This document shows positions 30,491 to 38,924 of a stretch of DNA of 64,000 nucleotides, in pieces. A program made the position numbers and the translations under genes. Location of the stretch: contig JAZURI010000003.1 of NCBI GenBank assembly GCA_045606105.1, positions 167,124 through 231,123 of the forward strand, given 5' to 3'. A model generated the notes under the pieces. It was given only the letters and a program-made list of their open reading frames with translations. It did not search any database and was not told the origin of the DNA. Source of the DNA: Spirochaetia bacterium (lineage in GTDB: Bacteria > Spirochaetota > Spirochaetia > CADAEX01). How positions within the stretch are numbered: position 1 is the first letter of the stretch; every line of letters begins with the position of its first letter.

Positions 30491-31963
30491 ATGAATGAAA
30501 TTAAATGTCCGAAATGCGGCGAATTTTTTAAAATTGACGAATCAAAGTACGAATCCATTGTAAAGCAGATCCGGGACAGGGAATTCTGCTGTGAGGTTGA
30601 AGAAAGGGAGAAGCAGGCTGTGGAGCTGGCCCTTGCAAAAGCAGACAAGGAAAGGCTTGCGGCTATTTCAGGGCTGGAAGCAAAGAGAAAGGATGAATTG
30701 AACCGTCTTGCATCTGAAAGTGAAAAGGCTCTTGCCGACAAGGAAAACGAAATAACACGCCTCAGATGCGAACTTGACAACAGCCGTGCCGATAACAAGG
30801 CATTACTTGATAAGACTTTAATGGAAAAGGAAGCAGAAATCCTGAAGCTTAGAAACGAATTTGAAAACAGGATATCTGAAAAGGAGACTGCGCTGACCAG
30901 ATCCGATGCCGATAAAGAAAAAGCTCTTGCCGACAAGGAAAACGAAATAACACGTCTCAGATACGAGCTTGAGAATAAAAAAGCAGAACAGGAGGCCGCA
31001 CTCAAGGATGCAGCCTATAAAAAAGAAGCCGAAATCCGTCAGCTCCGGAACGAACTGGAAAAAAGCATATCCGAACGGGAAACTGCCGTTAAGGATATGG
31101 CCAACGATAAAGATAAAAAGATTCTGGAGCTTGAGCTGGAAAAAAAAGCAATGGAAGAAAATCACCGTGTTCTTCTCAGCCAGAAGCAGGAAGAGGTGGA
31201 TTTCTACAAGGATTTCAAAGCCAGACAGTCCACCAAGATGATAGGGGAAAGCCTGGAACAGCACTGTGAGACCGAGTTCAACAAAATACGTGCCACAGCC
31301 TTTCCGAATGCCTATTTTGAAAAGGACAACGATGCCAGAACAGGAAGCAAGGGAGACTTTATCTTCAGGGAATCGGATGAAGATGGTAACGAATTCATTT
31401 CCATCATGTTTGAAATGAAAAACGAAATGGATACCACCGCCACCAAGCACAGGAACGAGGATTTCTTCAAGGAGCTGGACAAGGACCGTAATGAGAAGAA
31501 ATGTGAATATGCGGTTCTTGTATCCATGCTGGAATCAGACAGCGAATATTACAACACCGGTATCGTGGATGTATCTTACAGATATCCCAGGATGTATGTC
31601 ATAAGACCTCAGTTCTTTATTCCCGTAATCAGTTTTCTCCGCAATGCGGCAAAGAATTCACTGGAATACCGCCGTCAGCTGGCAGAGGTAAGGGAGCAGA
31701 ACATAGACATTACCAATTTTGAGGAAGACCTGAACGATTTCAAGGAAAAGTTTGCAAAGAACTACAGGCTTGCCAGCGAAAAGTTTTCCAAGGCCATCGA
31801 AGAGATAGACAAGACCATAGATCATCTTCAGAAAACCAAGGAAGCACTCCTTTCTTCGGAAAACAATCTCCGTCTTGCCAACAACAAGGCCGAAGACCTT
31901 ACCATCAAGAAGCTGACAAAAAATAATCCTACAATGAAGGCCAGGTTTGATCTGCTGAACTGA
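30491..31963 (+). CDS. DUF2130 family coiled-coil protein
   Basis: N-terminal IKCPKCG, long coiled coil, [27 protein letters not shown]. Confidence 0.9.
   Translation: MNEIKCPKCGEFFKIDESKYESIVKQIRDREFCCEVEEREKQAVELALAKADKERLAAISGLEAKRKDELNRLASESEKALADKENEITRLRCELDNSRADNKALLDKTLMEKEAEILKLRNEFENRISEKETALTRSDADKEKALADKENEITRLRYELENKKAEQEAALKDAAYKKEAEIRQLRNELEKSISERETAVKDMANDKDKKILELELEKKAMEENHRVLLSQKQEEVDFYKDFKARQSTKMIGESLEQHCETEFNKIRATAFPNAYFEKDNDARTGSKGDFIFRESDEDGNEFISIMFEMKNEMDTTATKHRNEDFFKELDKDRNEKKCEYAVLVSMLESDSEYYNTGIVDVSYRYPRMYVIRPQFFIPVISFLRNAAKNSLEYRRQLAEVREQNIDITNFEEDLNDFKEKFAKNYRLASEKFSKAIEEIDKTIDHLQKTKEALLSSENNLRLANNKAEDLTIKKLTKNNPTMKARFDLLN
30722..31111 (+). repeat. Intragenic tandem duplication, about 195-bp (65-aa) unit, two copies
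   Basis: 30722-30777 and 30917-30972 are nearly identical ([15 protein letters not shown][C/Y]EL). The second halves, [22 protein letters not shown] and [22 protein letters not shown], also align. Confidence 0.85.
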
Positions 31964-32052
31964 ATGATATAAAGCCTTTTTTATAAAACTAAGGCTTGTA
32001 TTATTCCTGAAATGTGTACTAAAATATATCAAAACATAAAGGACTGCTTGAA

Positions 32053-32154
32053 ATGGGAAAAAGAATTCTGCTTATCGTGTTGAAACTCATAATGATTCTG
32101 ATCATTCTTTATTTTATGCTGCCGATGCTGGAAAGTTTTATCAGATCAGCCTGA
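32053..32154 (+). CDS. 33-aa small hydrophobic protein
   Basis: MGKRILLIVLKLIMILIILYFMLPMLESFIRSA. AAAGGA RBS upstream, candidate TTGTAT-N18-TAAAAT promoter, terminator downstream. Confidence 0.55.
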   Translation: MGKRILLIVLKLIMILIILYFMLPMLESFIRSA

Positions 32155-32174
32155 CAACAATAAGATAATGACAC

Positions 32175-32209
32175 AAAAAAAGGCACTGCCGCAGGGGTAG
32201 TGCCTTTTT
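32175..32209. terminator. Bidirectional intrinsic terminator (purC / small ORF)
   Basis: A7-GGCACTGCC-gcagg-GGTAGTGCC-T5. Confidence 0.85.
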
Positions 32210-32233
32210 ATTTTACTGAACCGTAATCAGCAG

Positions 32234-32932
32234 TTATCTGTTAAGGATAAGCTTTGTAAGTTCTACAGGATCAACAATCTTGTCTCCCTTGTAAACACGC
32301 ATGTTGCCGGAAGCAATTTCGTCAATAAGGATAACTTCGCCGTTGTTGTATCCGAACTCGAACTTGATGTCCCAGAGGTCGAGACCGATTGTCTTGAGGT
32401 CGTCAGCAACGATTTTTGTGATTGCCAGTGTCTGAGCCTTGAGGCTTTCAAACATTTCAGGTGTCATTACCTTAAGAGCCACAAGTCCTTCTCCTGTAAC
32501 CAGCGGATCACCCTTTTCATCGTTCTTGAATGTACACTCAACATAGCCCCCTTCAAGAGGTGTGCCGTTCTTGATATATTCTCCGTATCTTCTGATAAAG
32601 CTGCCTGTAGCAACAAGTCTGCAGATAACCTCAAGTCCGAATCCGCCCTGTGCCTTTCCGAAGCATTCTGCAGGAAGAACTTCCATTGTAGCTTCTTCTA
32701 CATTTGCGCTTACGTAGTGAGTCTTGATTCCTGCCTTCCTGAGCAGCTCGAAATAGTGTACGGAAGTCTCAAGGTTTGCCTTGCCGATACCGTCGATTGT
32801 AAGTCCTACACTGTTTTCGCCCGGATCAAAAACTCCGTCCTTTCCTGTGCAGTCGTCCTTGAACTTAAGCAGTACATTGCCGTTTTCAAGTTCATACACG
32901 TCTTTGGTTTTACCCTGATAAAGCTTTTTCAT
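32234..32932 (-). CDS. purC: SAICAR synthetase
   Basis: [39 protein letters not shown]. Confidence 0.95.
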   Translation of the reverse strand: MKKLYQGKTKDVYELENGNVLLKFKDDCTGKDGVFDPGENSVGLTIDGIGKANLETSVHYFELLRKAGIKTHYVSANVEEATMEVLPAECFGKAQGGFGLEVICRLVATGSFIRRYGEYIKNGTPLEGGYVECTFKNDEKGDPLVTGEGLVALKVMTPEMFESLKAQTLAITKIVADDLKTIGLDLWDIKFEFGYNNGEVILIDEIASGNMRVYKGDKIVDPVELTKLILNR

Positions 32933-33053
32933 ATCTACGTTCCTTTGTTTTTAACCTGAATAAAGATTCTGATTTACTTTACCATATTTTTTTTTAATTT
33001 GTATATATTCTCAGATAATTTTTTATATAAAACTGAAGGGAAGGGGATAAAAT

Positions 33054-33079
33054 AAAAAAGGCTGCATAATTGCAGCCTT
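33054..33079 (-). terminator. Intrinsic terminator after tRNA-Asn
   Basis: AAGGCTGCA-taat-TGCAGCCTT hairpin with a U-run on the minus strand. Confidence 0.8.
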
Positions 33080-33083
33080 GGTA

Positions 33084-33156
33084 CTCCCCCGGACAGACTC
33101 GAACTGCCGACCTAGTGGTTAACAGCCACCCGCTCTACCGGCTGAGCTACAGGGGA
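33084..33156 (-). tRNA. tRNA-Asn (GTT)
   Basis: Acceptor stem TCCCCTG/CGGGGGA, anticodon arm GTGG-CTGTTAA-CCAC, T-loop GTTCGAG. 73 nt; CCA is not encoded directly after the discriminator. Confidence 0.97.
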
Positions 33157-33166
33157 ATGTATTGTT

Positions 33167-33195
33167 AATATATTCAAAACCATTATTTGTGTCAA
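33167..33195 (-). promoter_or_regulatory. sigma70-type promoter of tRNA-Asn
   Basis: TTGACA-N17-TATATT on the minus strand, about 10 nt upstream of the tRNA. Confidence 0.75.
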
Positions 33196-33241
33196 CTTGT
33201 TTTTTAAAAAATATTTAGTTATTATTAAGAAAGAGGCTAAT

Positions 33242-34657
33242 ATGAGAAAGACAAAAATTATATGTACACTGGGACCTTCCTGTGATAGAGATAACGTTCT
33301 GGAGAACATGTTCCGCAACGGAATGAACTGTGCCAGATTTAACTTTTCCCACGGTACCCATCCCGAACACAAGGTCAGGATAGAGAGACTCCGTTCCCTC
33401 TGCCGTGCCCATAACGTAAATATCCCCCTTCTTCTCGACACCAAAGGGCCTGAAATCAGATTAGGTATTTTTGAAAACGGTGCCGAAACCCTTTCGGAGG
33501 GGCAGAAGTTCACCCTTACTCCCAAAGATATTCCGGGAACTGCGGAAATTTCCTCTGTCTCATACAAGGAACTTGCGGAACATGTAAAGGTGGGAGATGT
33601 AATTCTTATAGATGACGGAAAAATTTCTGTTTCCGTGGAAGCTGTGGAGGGGGGAGATGTAATCTGTACCGTAACCACCGGCGGAAAGGTAAGCAACAGG
33701 AAAAGCCTTAATATTCCGGGAGTGGCCATTCCGGTTCCTTATCTCAGGGATGCGGATAAAAGCGATATCCTTTTCGGTATAAAGGAAGATTTTGACTTCA
33801 TTGCAGCTTCTTTTGTCAGGAGCGCCGAAGATGTGTGCCGGCTCAGGACATTTCTTAAGGAGAACGGCGGCGAAAGCATCCAGATCATTTCCAAGATAGA
33901 AAACAGGCAGGGACTTGATAATCTTGACGAAATCATTGAGGCCAGCGACGGAATCATGGTTGCCAGAGGAGATCTGGGAGTGGAGATTCCTTTCAGATAC
34001 CTTCCTGCAATACAGAAGGAAATAATCGAAAAGTGCAATGCCAAAGGAAAATATGTGGTTACAGCCACCCAGATGCTGGAATCCATGACCCACAGCCTCA
34101 GACCTACCAGAGCAGAGGTTTCCGATGTGGCAAATGCCATCTATGACGGAACTACCGCCATCATGCTTTCAGGAGAATCTGCATCGGGAGATTATCCGGC
34201 CGAAACTGTAAAAACCATGAGCGAAATTGCCGAGGCTGCCGAAAAATCCATCAACTACACAGAACTTTTCGGAAAAGCCAAAGTCTGCTATATCAGGGAC
34301 TTTACCTATGCCATTGGACATGCCGCCTGCGATCTGGCCTATTCCCTTGATGCCAAGGCACTTATAGTTGTTACCAGAAGCGGCCGTTCTGCCCGTAATA
34401 TTGCAGCCAACAAGCCTAACTGTCCCGTAATTGCCGTTACTCTCGATCCAAAGGGATGCAGACAGCTTAATTTTGTATGGAATGTTGTTTCTGTTCCTGC
34501 AGCAGAACTGAAATCAGGAGAGGATATCTTTGATTACGGTGTTAAAAAGGCGCTGGAGACAGGTATAATCAAAAAGGGTGATCTGGTGGCATTGGTGGCC
34601 GGAAGTTCTCAGGTCAAGGGAGAATTTTCCGATATGATCAAGGTTGACATTATCTGA
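33242..34657 (+). CDS. pyk: Pyruvate kinase
   Basis: RKTKIICTLGP, RFNFSHG, DTKGPEIR, IMVARGDLGVE, ATQMLESM. Confidence 0.98.
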   Translation: MRKTKIICTLGPSCDRDNVLENMFRNGMNCARFNFSHGTHPEHKVRIERLRSLCRAHNVNIPLLLDTKGPEIRLGIFENGAETLSEGQKFTLTPKDIPGTAEISSVSYKELAEHVKVGDVILIDDGKISVSVEAVEGGDVICTVTTGGKVSNRKSLNIPGVAIPVPYLRDADKSDILFGIKEDFDFIAASFVRSAEDVCRLRTFLKENGGESIQIISKIENRQGLDNLDEIIEASDGIMVARGDLGVEIPFRYLPAIQKEIIEKCNAKGKYVVTATQMLESMTHSLRPTRAEVSDVANAIYDGTTAIMLSGESASGDYPAETVKTMSEIAEAAEKSINYTELFGKAKVCYIRDFTYAIGHAACDLAYSLDAKALIVVTRSGRSARNIAANKPNCPVIAVTLDPKGCRQLNFVWNVVSVPAAELKSGEDIFDYGVKKALETGIIKKGDLVALVAGSSQVKGEFSDMIKVDII

Positions 34658-35362
34658 TCAGTCAAGCTTGAATCTGAATTTCTGAAGGCTCTCTCGGAGA
34701 CATTCGAAGGTTTTTTCTTCAACGTCGATGAAGAGCTTTTTCTTTCCTATATCATCAAGAAAATGGGCATCCGAATTTGATATTACCGGATATTTTGAAT
34801 AGTCTCCCGCATTTACAGGGTTGAAAACCTCTATGGCAGAGTAGTTGCTGTCGGGAAGAAAACCCAGCTGTGAAGGGATTGAAAAGACCGGCTTGTCCAC
34901 ATGGGCCGGAATAAAGATGCCGTTTCTGAAAAAGACCTCCTCCCGTACATCGTCAATGGAGAGGCCGGTGGCATTTCCCAGATATTTTTCAACTTCACCC
35001 AGAATATCTTCATTTTCATCCACATATACCTGATCTCCCAGAACATCGGGATTGTTCGGTACATCCGGAAGATACTGATAAATGAAGTTGCTGAATTCAA
35101 GGGCAGTATCCACATCCTCAAAAAGACAGACAAGATGGGCTTCTTCGTTGGAGGTAACCTCCATTCCGTATACACTCCAGATTCCCAGCTCCCTGCAGTT
35201 TTCGGCAAAGGCGGGACAGTTCAGCGATGTGTTGTGATCTGTCAGGGCAAGAAGCCCGATTCCCAGCTCCTTGGCTCTTTCAGCTATGGCTTTCGGAGAC
35301 ATCTCCAGGGAAGCACATGGGGAAACACAGGAATGTATATGAAGATCGGCCCTTACCAGCAT
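34658..35362 (-). CDS. PHP-domain phosphoesterase
   Basis: DLHIHS, LTDHN, GMEV..EEAH, PAHVD, NSDAH. Confidence 0.92.
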   Translation of the reverse strand: MLVRADLHIHSCVSPCASLEMSPKAIAERAKELGIGLLALTDHNTSLNCPAFAENCRELGIWSVYGMEVTSNEEAHLVCLFEDVDTALEFSNFIYQYLPDVPNNPDVLGDQVYVDENEDILGEVEKYLGNATGLSIDDVREEVFFRNGIFIPAHVDKPVFSIPSQLGFLPDSNYSAIEVFNPVNAGDYSKYPVISNSDAHFLDDIGKKKLFIDVEEKTFECLRESLQKFRFKLD

Positions 35363-35691
35363 CAGATAGTCATTCTTCCTGAAACTTTTGCGGAAGCTTC
35401 AAACTGGCTGTCGGATGTTCTGTAGATAATAACATTTTCCTGGTCGGCAGCTTCAATCATGTCAGGTGGAATTGCTCTCTTGTTGCATACAAGAATAACA
35501 CGGATTCCTGCAAGGGTAGCTACTGCAATTGTATTCTTGTGAGCCTGTATTGTAATGAGGATTGACTCAGATGGAGCATTGGCCATTACATCGCTCAGAA
35601 GATCGCCTGTGTATCCGGCCTTCAGTTCGTAGTCCACATCCTTTTCGGTTACTTTTTCGTATCCGAGTTCTTTTAAATCACTTACTTTCAT
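35362..35691 (-). CDS. DRTGG-domain protein
   Basis: GYTGDLLSDVMA, ILITIQAHKNTIAVA. Confidence 0.85.
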   Translation of the reverse strand: MKVSDLKELGYEKVTEKDVDYELKAGYTGDLLSDVMANAPSESILITIQAHKNTIAVATLAGIRVILVCNKRAIPPDMIEAADQENVIIYRTSDSQFEASAKVSGRMTI

Positions 35692-36619
35692 CTTCGTTTC
35701 CTAAATTTATTGATAATTTTACTTCCGTACCTGTTATGTCGGAAGATATCTGAAAGTCATTGCTGACTCTTTTTACATTCGGAAGACCCATTCCCGCACC
35801 GAAGCCCTGGGATCTTATCCATTCGCTGGCTGTGGAAAATCCGTCCTCAAGTGCCTTGGCCAGATCCGGAATACCCGGTCCCTTGTCCTTTGATTCGATA
35901 ACCACTGAATCCGGGAAAAGCTGGAAGGAGAGGATACCTCCGTCTGAATGTACTACAAGGTTGATCTCAAGCTCGTAGCTGGCAATGGAAACCCTTCTGA
36001 TGATGCTCTGAGGGATTCCTCTGCTCTTGAGTATTTTCTTGATTTCAGAAGTAACCTTACCGGCATTCTCGAAATCGAACTTATGTACGATAAACTGTCT
36101 GAAAAGCTCTGCACCAGGCTTGATATCATCCGGATCGCCCAGTCTCATGTTGAGCTTATCATATTTCTGGAGCTGCATGCTTATGTTGTTGAGCATGGTT
36201 GTGGTCAGGTCTCTGGCAGTGATGATACCTGTAAGCTCCTTGTTTTTGTTTATAACAGGAAACCGTCTGAATTTATATTTGTTGAAATAGTTGATTGCGA
36301 AGGATATAGGCATCTCTTCTTCAAGGATAATAACATCCTTGGACATGTAATTCCTTACTTTATCTTCAAGCGAACCGTTGTCGTAGCAGTTAAGGATATC
36401 GTAAAGACTAAGGATTCCCGCAAGACGCTGCTTTGAAACAACAGGAAGACCGGATACACCGTTTTCCTTCATGACATTCTTTGCGGTAGCCATGGTATCT
36501 TCCGGGGTGACTCTTACCGGGTTGGCACACATTGCTTCCCTTACACGTACTGTATATATGCTTTCGAGGAGAACCTCATGAAAATCGTTTATGAAAAGAA
36601 AATTATTTGCACTTCCCAA
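35678..36619 (-). CDS. CBS-pair + anti-sigma-type (RsbT-like) Ser/Thr kinase fusion
   Basis: CBS pair (SGLPVV, RRFPVI); YELEINLVVHS, DKGPGIPD, GFST, GFGAGMGLPNVKR. Confidence 0.88.
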   Translation of the reverse strand: MGSANNFLFINDFHEVLLESIYTVRVREAMCANPVRVTPEDTMATAKNVMKENGVSGLPVVSKQRLAGILSLYDILNCYDNGSLEDKVRNYMSKDVIILEEEMPISFAINYFNKYKFRRFPVINKNKELTGIITARDLTTTMLNNISMQLQKYDKLNMRLGDPDDIKPGAELFRQFIVHKFDFENAGKVTSEIKKILKSRGIPQSIIRRVSIASYELEINLVVHSDGGILSFQLFPDSVVIESKDKGPGIPDLAKALEDGFSTASEWIRSQGFGAGMGLPNVKRVSNDFQISSDITGTEVKLSINLGNEDESK

Positions 36620-36953
36620 GGAGTTTACCCAGTTCTATGCAGGTGGTGAACATGTTGTGTTTTGTTGAGATAAGTGTGAGTTCAGATTCCACTGCAAGTT
36701 CTTTCATTGAGGCCTGCGGTCTCTTACCGTTAATGAGGATGACTCCGCATGCTTCTACAATATCAGCAGTCCTTACAACCTGATCTGTTGTGAGAGCTGT
36801 TACTAGAATACGATTTTCTTCATCTCCGACCAGAACTTCACTCATCATGTCGCCGGCGGAAACATTCATGATATCAACTGTGTCAAAATCTCTGCCTTTG
36901 TTTATAACCTCACAGTTGATAGCTTCTGCAATCTCTTTAAAATTCATTTTCAC
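36603..36953 (-). CDS. DRTGG-domain protein
   Basis: AGDMMSEVL, LVTALTTDQVVRTAD, GKRP. Confidence 0.85.
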   Translation of the reverse strand: MKMNFKEIAEAINCEVINKGRDFDTVDIMNVSAGDMMSEVLVGDEENRILVTALTTDQVVRTADIVEACGVILINGKRPQASMKELAVESELTLISTKHNMFTTCIELGKLLGKCK

Positions 36954-37080
36954 CCTTTTATATAAATAAAATCAATAATTATTTTTAACAGATATTATAG
37001 GAAAAAACAAGATGGGATAATTAAAAAACTATCATTTGACTTTAATTGATTATTTGTTATTATAATAAAAGGACCAACTT

Positions 37081-38619
37081 ATGATTTGTTTCAGAAACCT
37101 GACAGAAACAGCAGCCTTCGGAGAGCTTGTCCGTTATCATGAAAAAAACGGAGGGAAACTGCTTCTTACGCCGGAGTCTGTGAAGAAATATATCGTTCCT
37201 GCGGGAAAAAACCTTTATTTCAGCTATGGGGCAAAGGGGGCAACACCTGAGCTTCTGGAAATTTTCTCCCGTCTTGCATCTGAACAGCAGTGTGTCGGAA
37301 AGTACAGGGAACTGCTGGGAGGAGCTGTATACAATCCCGTTGAAAACAGAATGGTTCTCCATCATCTATGCAGAGGCTCCGAAGGGCTTCCGCTGAGCGA
37401 AAAATCGGCCGGAAAGGGGAGGTTTTTCATGGAACAGGAGAAAAGATTCTGTGATTTTGCCGAAAGCATCCGTGCCGGAGGAAAAACCGATACTGTTATT
37501 CAGATCGGAATCGGAGGCTCGGGACAGGGACCAAAGGCTGTATACGAAGCCCTTAAATGCTGTGTTTCCGCCCGCGGTAGAGAGCCTCTCCCTGAGGCCC
37601 GTTTCATGGAAAACATAGATCGGGACGAGGTTCTGACCATACTGGAGGGAATCAATCCCGAAAGAACTCTTTTCATATTGGTAACCAAAAGCGGAACCAC
37701 ACAGGAAACAATAGATAATTATTTACTGACAAAAGAAATACTCGAACAAAGAAATCCGGGCTATGACATTTATGCTCATACGGTTGCGGTAACATGTCCC
37801 GGTACTCCTCTGGATGATACCAGGTTTTCCGGTGTCTTCTATATGGATGAATCCATAGGTGGTCGCTTCTCCGTATGCTCCGCCTGTGCCGGTCTTCTTG
37901 TTGCCGCAGTATTCGGAAGCGATGTTTACAGGGAGTTCTGTAAGGGAGCCCATTACAGCGATATCCTGGCTCTTGAGCCTGATGTCTGCAGGAATGCCCC
38001 GCTGCTTGATGCCCTGTTCAGCATATATGATATAAATGTCCGTAACATACCGGTGACTGCGGTTATTCCGTATTCTAATTTCCTTCTTGAATTTACCTAC
38101 CATCTGCAGCAGCTCCTTATGGAAAGCAACGGAAAGACGGCAGACAGGAAGGGGGGAGCCGTAGATTATGCAACATCTCCTGTTGTTATCGGTTCCATAG
38201 GAACAAACTGTCAGCACTCATTTTTCCAGCAGCTGCATCAGGGCTCAGGAGAGCTGCCGGTGGAATTTATCGGATTCAGGGAATCTCAGATAGATTCTGT
38301 TCCTCAGACAAAGCTGAATGCCAGCCTTGCGGCCCAGATTTCCTCCCTTGCTCTGGGACGGAGCAGCCGGGACATAAACAGACATTTTCCGGGAAAAAGA
38401 ACATCATCCCTGTTGTTCGGAAACCGGTTGACACCGGAGAATCTGGGTGCATTGTTTGCCCATTTTGAAAACAAGACCATGTTTCAGGGCTTTTTGTGGA
38501 ATATCAACTCCTTTGATCAGGAGGGGGTTCAGCTGGGTAAGGATCTGGCCCGTGAGGTTCTTTCCGATATTTCAGAAAAGGATTCCATTCTTTCGGCCTA
38601 TTATTCACTTCTTTCGTAA
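37081..38619 (+). CDS. pgi: Glucose-6-phosphate isomerase
   Basis: ENRMVLH, GIGGS, KSGTTQET, GGRFS, QQLLMESNGK, QHSFFQ.LHQG, NSFDQEGVQLGK. Confidence 0.95.
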   Translation: MICFRNLTETAAFGELVRYHEKNGGKLLLTPESVKKYIVPAGKNLYFSYGAKGATPELLEIFSRLASEQQCVGKYRELLGGAVYNPVENRMVLHHLCRGSEGLPLSEKSAGKGRFFMEQEKRFCDFAESIRAGGKTDTVIQIGIGGSGQGPKAVYEALKCCVSARGREPLPEARFMENIDRDEVLTILEGINPERTLFILVTKSGTTQETIDNYLLTKEILEQRNPGYDIYAHTVAVTCPGTPLDDTRFSGVFYMDESIGGRFSVCSACAGLLVAAVFGSDVYREFCKGAHYSDILALEPDVCRNAPLLDALFSIYDINVRNIPVTAVIPYSNFLLEFTYHLQQLLMESNGKTADRKGGAVDYATSPVVIGSIGTNCQHSFFQQLHQGSGELPVEFIGFRESQIDSVPQTKLNASLAAQISSLALGRSSRDINRHFPGKRTSSLLFGNRLTPENLGALFAHFENKTMFQGFLWNINSFDQEGVQLGKDLAREVLSDISEKDSILSAYYSLLS

Positions 38620-38646
38620 AAATTCCTTATAAGTACAAAAAAATAC

Positions 38647-38739
38647 AAAAAAAACCTGCCGGCTGCATGATGGGGATTGCCGGCAGGAAATGTACACAAT
38701 AAAAGGAGGTGTTATGAAAAGATAACTCACTCTTAATTC
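38647..38739 (-). ncRNA. Candidate sRNA B (about 90 nt) with anti-RBS/anti-start seed
   Basis: Lies between promoter motif 38743-38772 and the terminator CCTGCCGGC-15nt-GCCGGCAGG-U8. Contains UUUUCAUAACACCUCCUUUU. Ends are inferred. Confidence 0.55.
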
Positions 38740-38742
38740 ACT

Positions 38743-38772
38743 TGATAAACAACCCTGAAATGCAATAGTTAC
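38743..38772 (-). promoter_or_regulatory. ECF-sigma-like promoter motif, copy 2
   Basis: Minus strand GTAAC-TATTGCATTTCAGGGT-TGTTTATCA. Confidence 0.6.
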
Positions 38773-38806
38773 AAAAAAAATAAAAAAATTTTTAAAAAAA
38801 TTAAAG

Positions 38807-38842
38807 AAAAAAACCTGCCGGAAGGAGAGACCGGCAGGTTTT
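38807..38842. terminator. Bidirectional intrinsic terminator
   Basis: A7-CCTGCCGG-aaggagaga-CCGGCAGG-TTTTATTTT; could end both pgi (+) and minus-strand transcripts. Confidence 0.85.
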
Positions 38843-38885
38843 ATTTTCTTACGAATAACTTTTATATTGGCTGTTTTGTTTTCTC
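38807..38885 (-). ncRNA. Candidate sRNA A (about 80 nt)
   Basis: Lies between promoter motif 38889-38918 and the terminator CCTGCCGG-UCUCUCCUU-CCGGCAGG-U7. Ends are inferred. Confidence 0.5.
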
Positions 38886-38888
38886 GTA

Positions 38889-38918
38889 TGATAAACAGCT
38901 CCGGTATCGGATAGTTAC
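38889..38918 (-). promoter_or_regulatory. ECF-sigma-like promoter motif, copy 1
   Basis: Minus strand GTAAC-TATCCGATACCGGAGC-TGTTTATCA; the two boxes and the 16-nt spacing match copy 2. Confidence 0.6.
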
Positions 38919-38924
38919 AAAAAA

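Noticed and set aside
33162-33179. Rex-like operator TTGTTAA-TATA-TTCAAAA upstream of pyk
   Set aside because: The context is very AT-rich, the site coincides with the tRNA-Asn -10 box, and I found no matching site before the hydrogenase-type operon. It cannot be distinguished from chance.
38647-38918. CRISPR array or REP/MITE reading of the repeated CCTGCCGG hairpins
   Set aside because: There are only two units, their loops differ in length and sequence, there is no regular repeat-spacer period, no cas or transposase genes are present, and the U-tails fit terminators.
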